A stretch of DNA of 64,000 nt, from the sequence record OZ035799.1; one strand, 5' to 3'. The position numbers and the translations under genes are program-made. How positions within the stretch are numbered: position 1 is the stretch's first letter; the number at the start of each line of letters is the position of its first letter. The notes below the pieces were generated by a model. The model was not told the DNA's origin. It saw nothing but the letters and a program-made list of their open reading frames with translations, and did not search any database. This DNA comes from Justusliebigvirus alia. Shown here in pieces: positions 63,697-64,000 of the stretch.

Positions 63697-63931
63697 GCAG
63701 TGTAAAGCTGTAGCAACACAACAAATAAAAGCCCCTGATTCTGTTAGTATGGAGAAACCATCTACCCCTGTTTTATATACTCCCAATCAAATAAAGAAAG
63801 GGGTTACAAGATCAGAGGTAGTTGATAATCAAACTTTAAACAACGCTTTGTGGGAAAAAGATAGGATAAAACTTATCAGTTTACAAAACTATATTAAAAC
63901 ATTACAAAGTGAAGGAATAATTTCTAATTAG
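63602..63931 (+). CDS. o-spanin (Rz1-like outer-membrane lipoprotein), overlapping i-spanin 3-prime end in another frame
   Basis: signal peptide plus lipobox LMMTGC. Confidence 0.65.
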   Translation: MRKHLLALCLVLALMMTGCASSTTASQPLLIEQCKAVATQQIKAPDSVSMEKPSTPVLYTPNQIKKGVTRSEVVDNQTLNNALWEKDRIKLISLQNYIKTLQSEGIISN

Positions 63932-63939
63932 GAGGAGAT

Positions 63940-64000
63940 GTGGCAAGGAAACCTGTCAAACAATCTTTTGAAAATGTAGATATTGAAGTTAAAGCCCAAC
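63940..64000 (+). CDS. partial CDS (5-prime end only), possible GTG start
   Basis: RBS AGGAGGAG; ORF runs off window end. Confidence 0.3.
   Translation, partial: MARKPVKQSFENVDIEVKAQ

Overview
This 64-kb window looks like an AT-rich segment of a large virulent tailed phage of a Gram-negative (probably enterobacterial) host, with T4-like auxiliary genes: an e-type lysozyme, RNase H/FEN, a DexA-like exonuclease, an EndoVII-like nuclease, RdgC, tk, nrdAB and an overlapping spanin pair. All calls are from manual reading of the sequence and ORF track; no database search or folding program was run. Layout: (1) 1-6.7 kb, a plus-strand block of about 17 small early-type genes, most behind a sigma70-like promoter plus a conserved GC-rich hairpin (PeSL-like cassettes); (2) 6.9-8.5 kb, an ORF-free AT-rich region with Fur-box-like palindromes, tandem iteron-like repeats and nested inverted repeats; (3) 8.5-20.1 kb, a plus-strand block of small unknown genes including a four-member paralog family and a duplicated two-gene cassette; (4) 20.2-55.7 kb, a long minus-strand block with a Sir2-like protein, C5-cytosine and NPPF methyltransferases, a DprA/SLOG-like protein, Ser/Thr phosphatase, a small serine recombinase, an HslV-like peptidase, PhoH, lysozyme, glutaredoxin, a complete dTDP-L-rhamnose pathway (rmlBACD), class Ia RNR, ThyX-like, HAD nucleotidase, Tdk, DNA ligase and a kinase/RNA-ligase/phosphoesterase RNA-repair cassette; (5) 56-64 kb, a plus-strand block with a Prs-like plus NAMPT-like pair (NARP1-like NAD+ reconstitution or salvage), a cluster of about 17 tRNAs and the spanins. 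The most likely candidates for a new or unusual system are the HslV-like peptidase, the Sir2/NARP combination, the phage-encoded rhamnose pathway, the paralog family and the Fur-box-bearing non-coding region.
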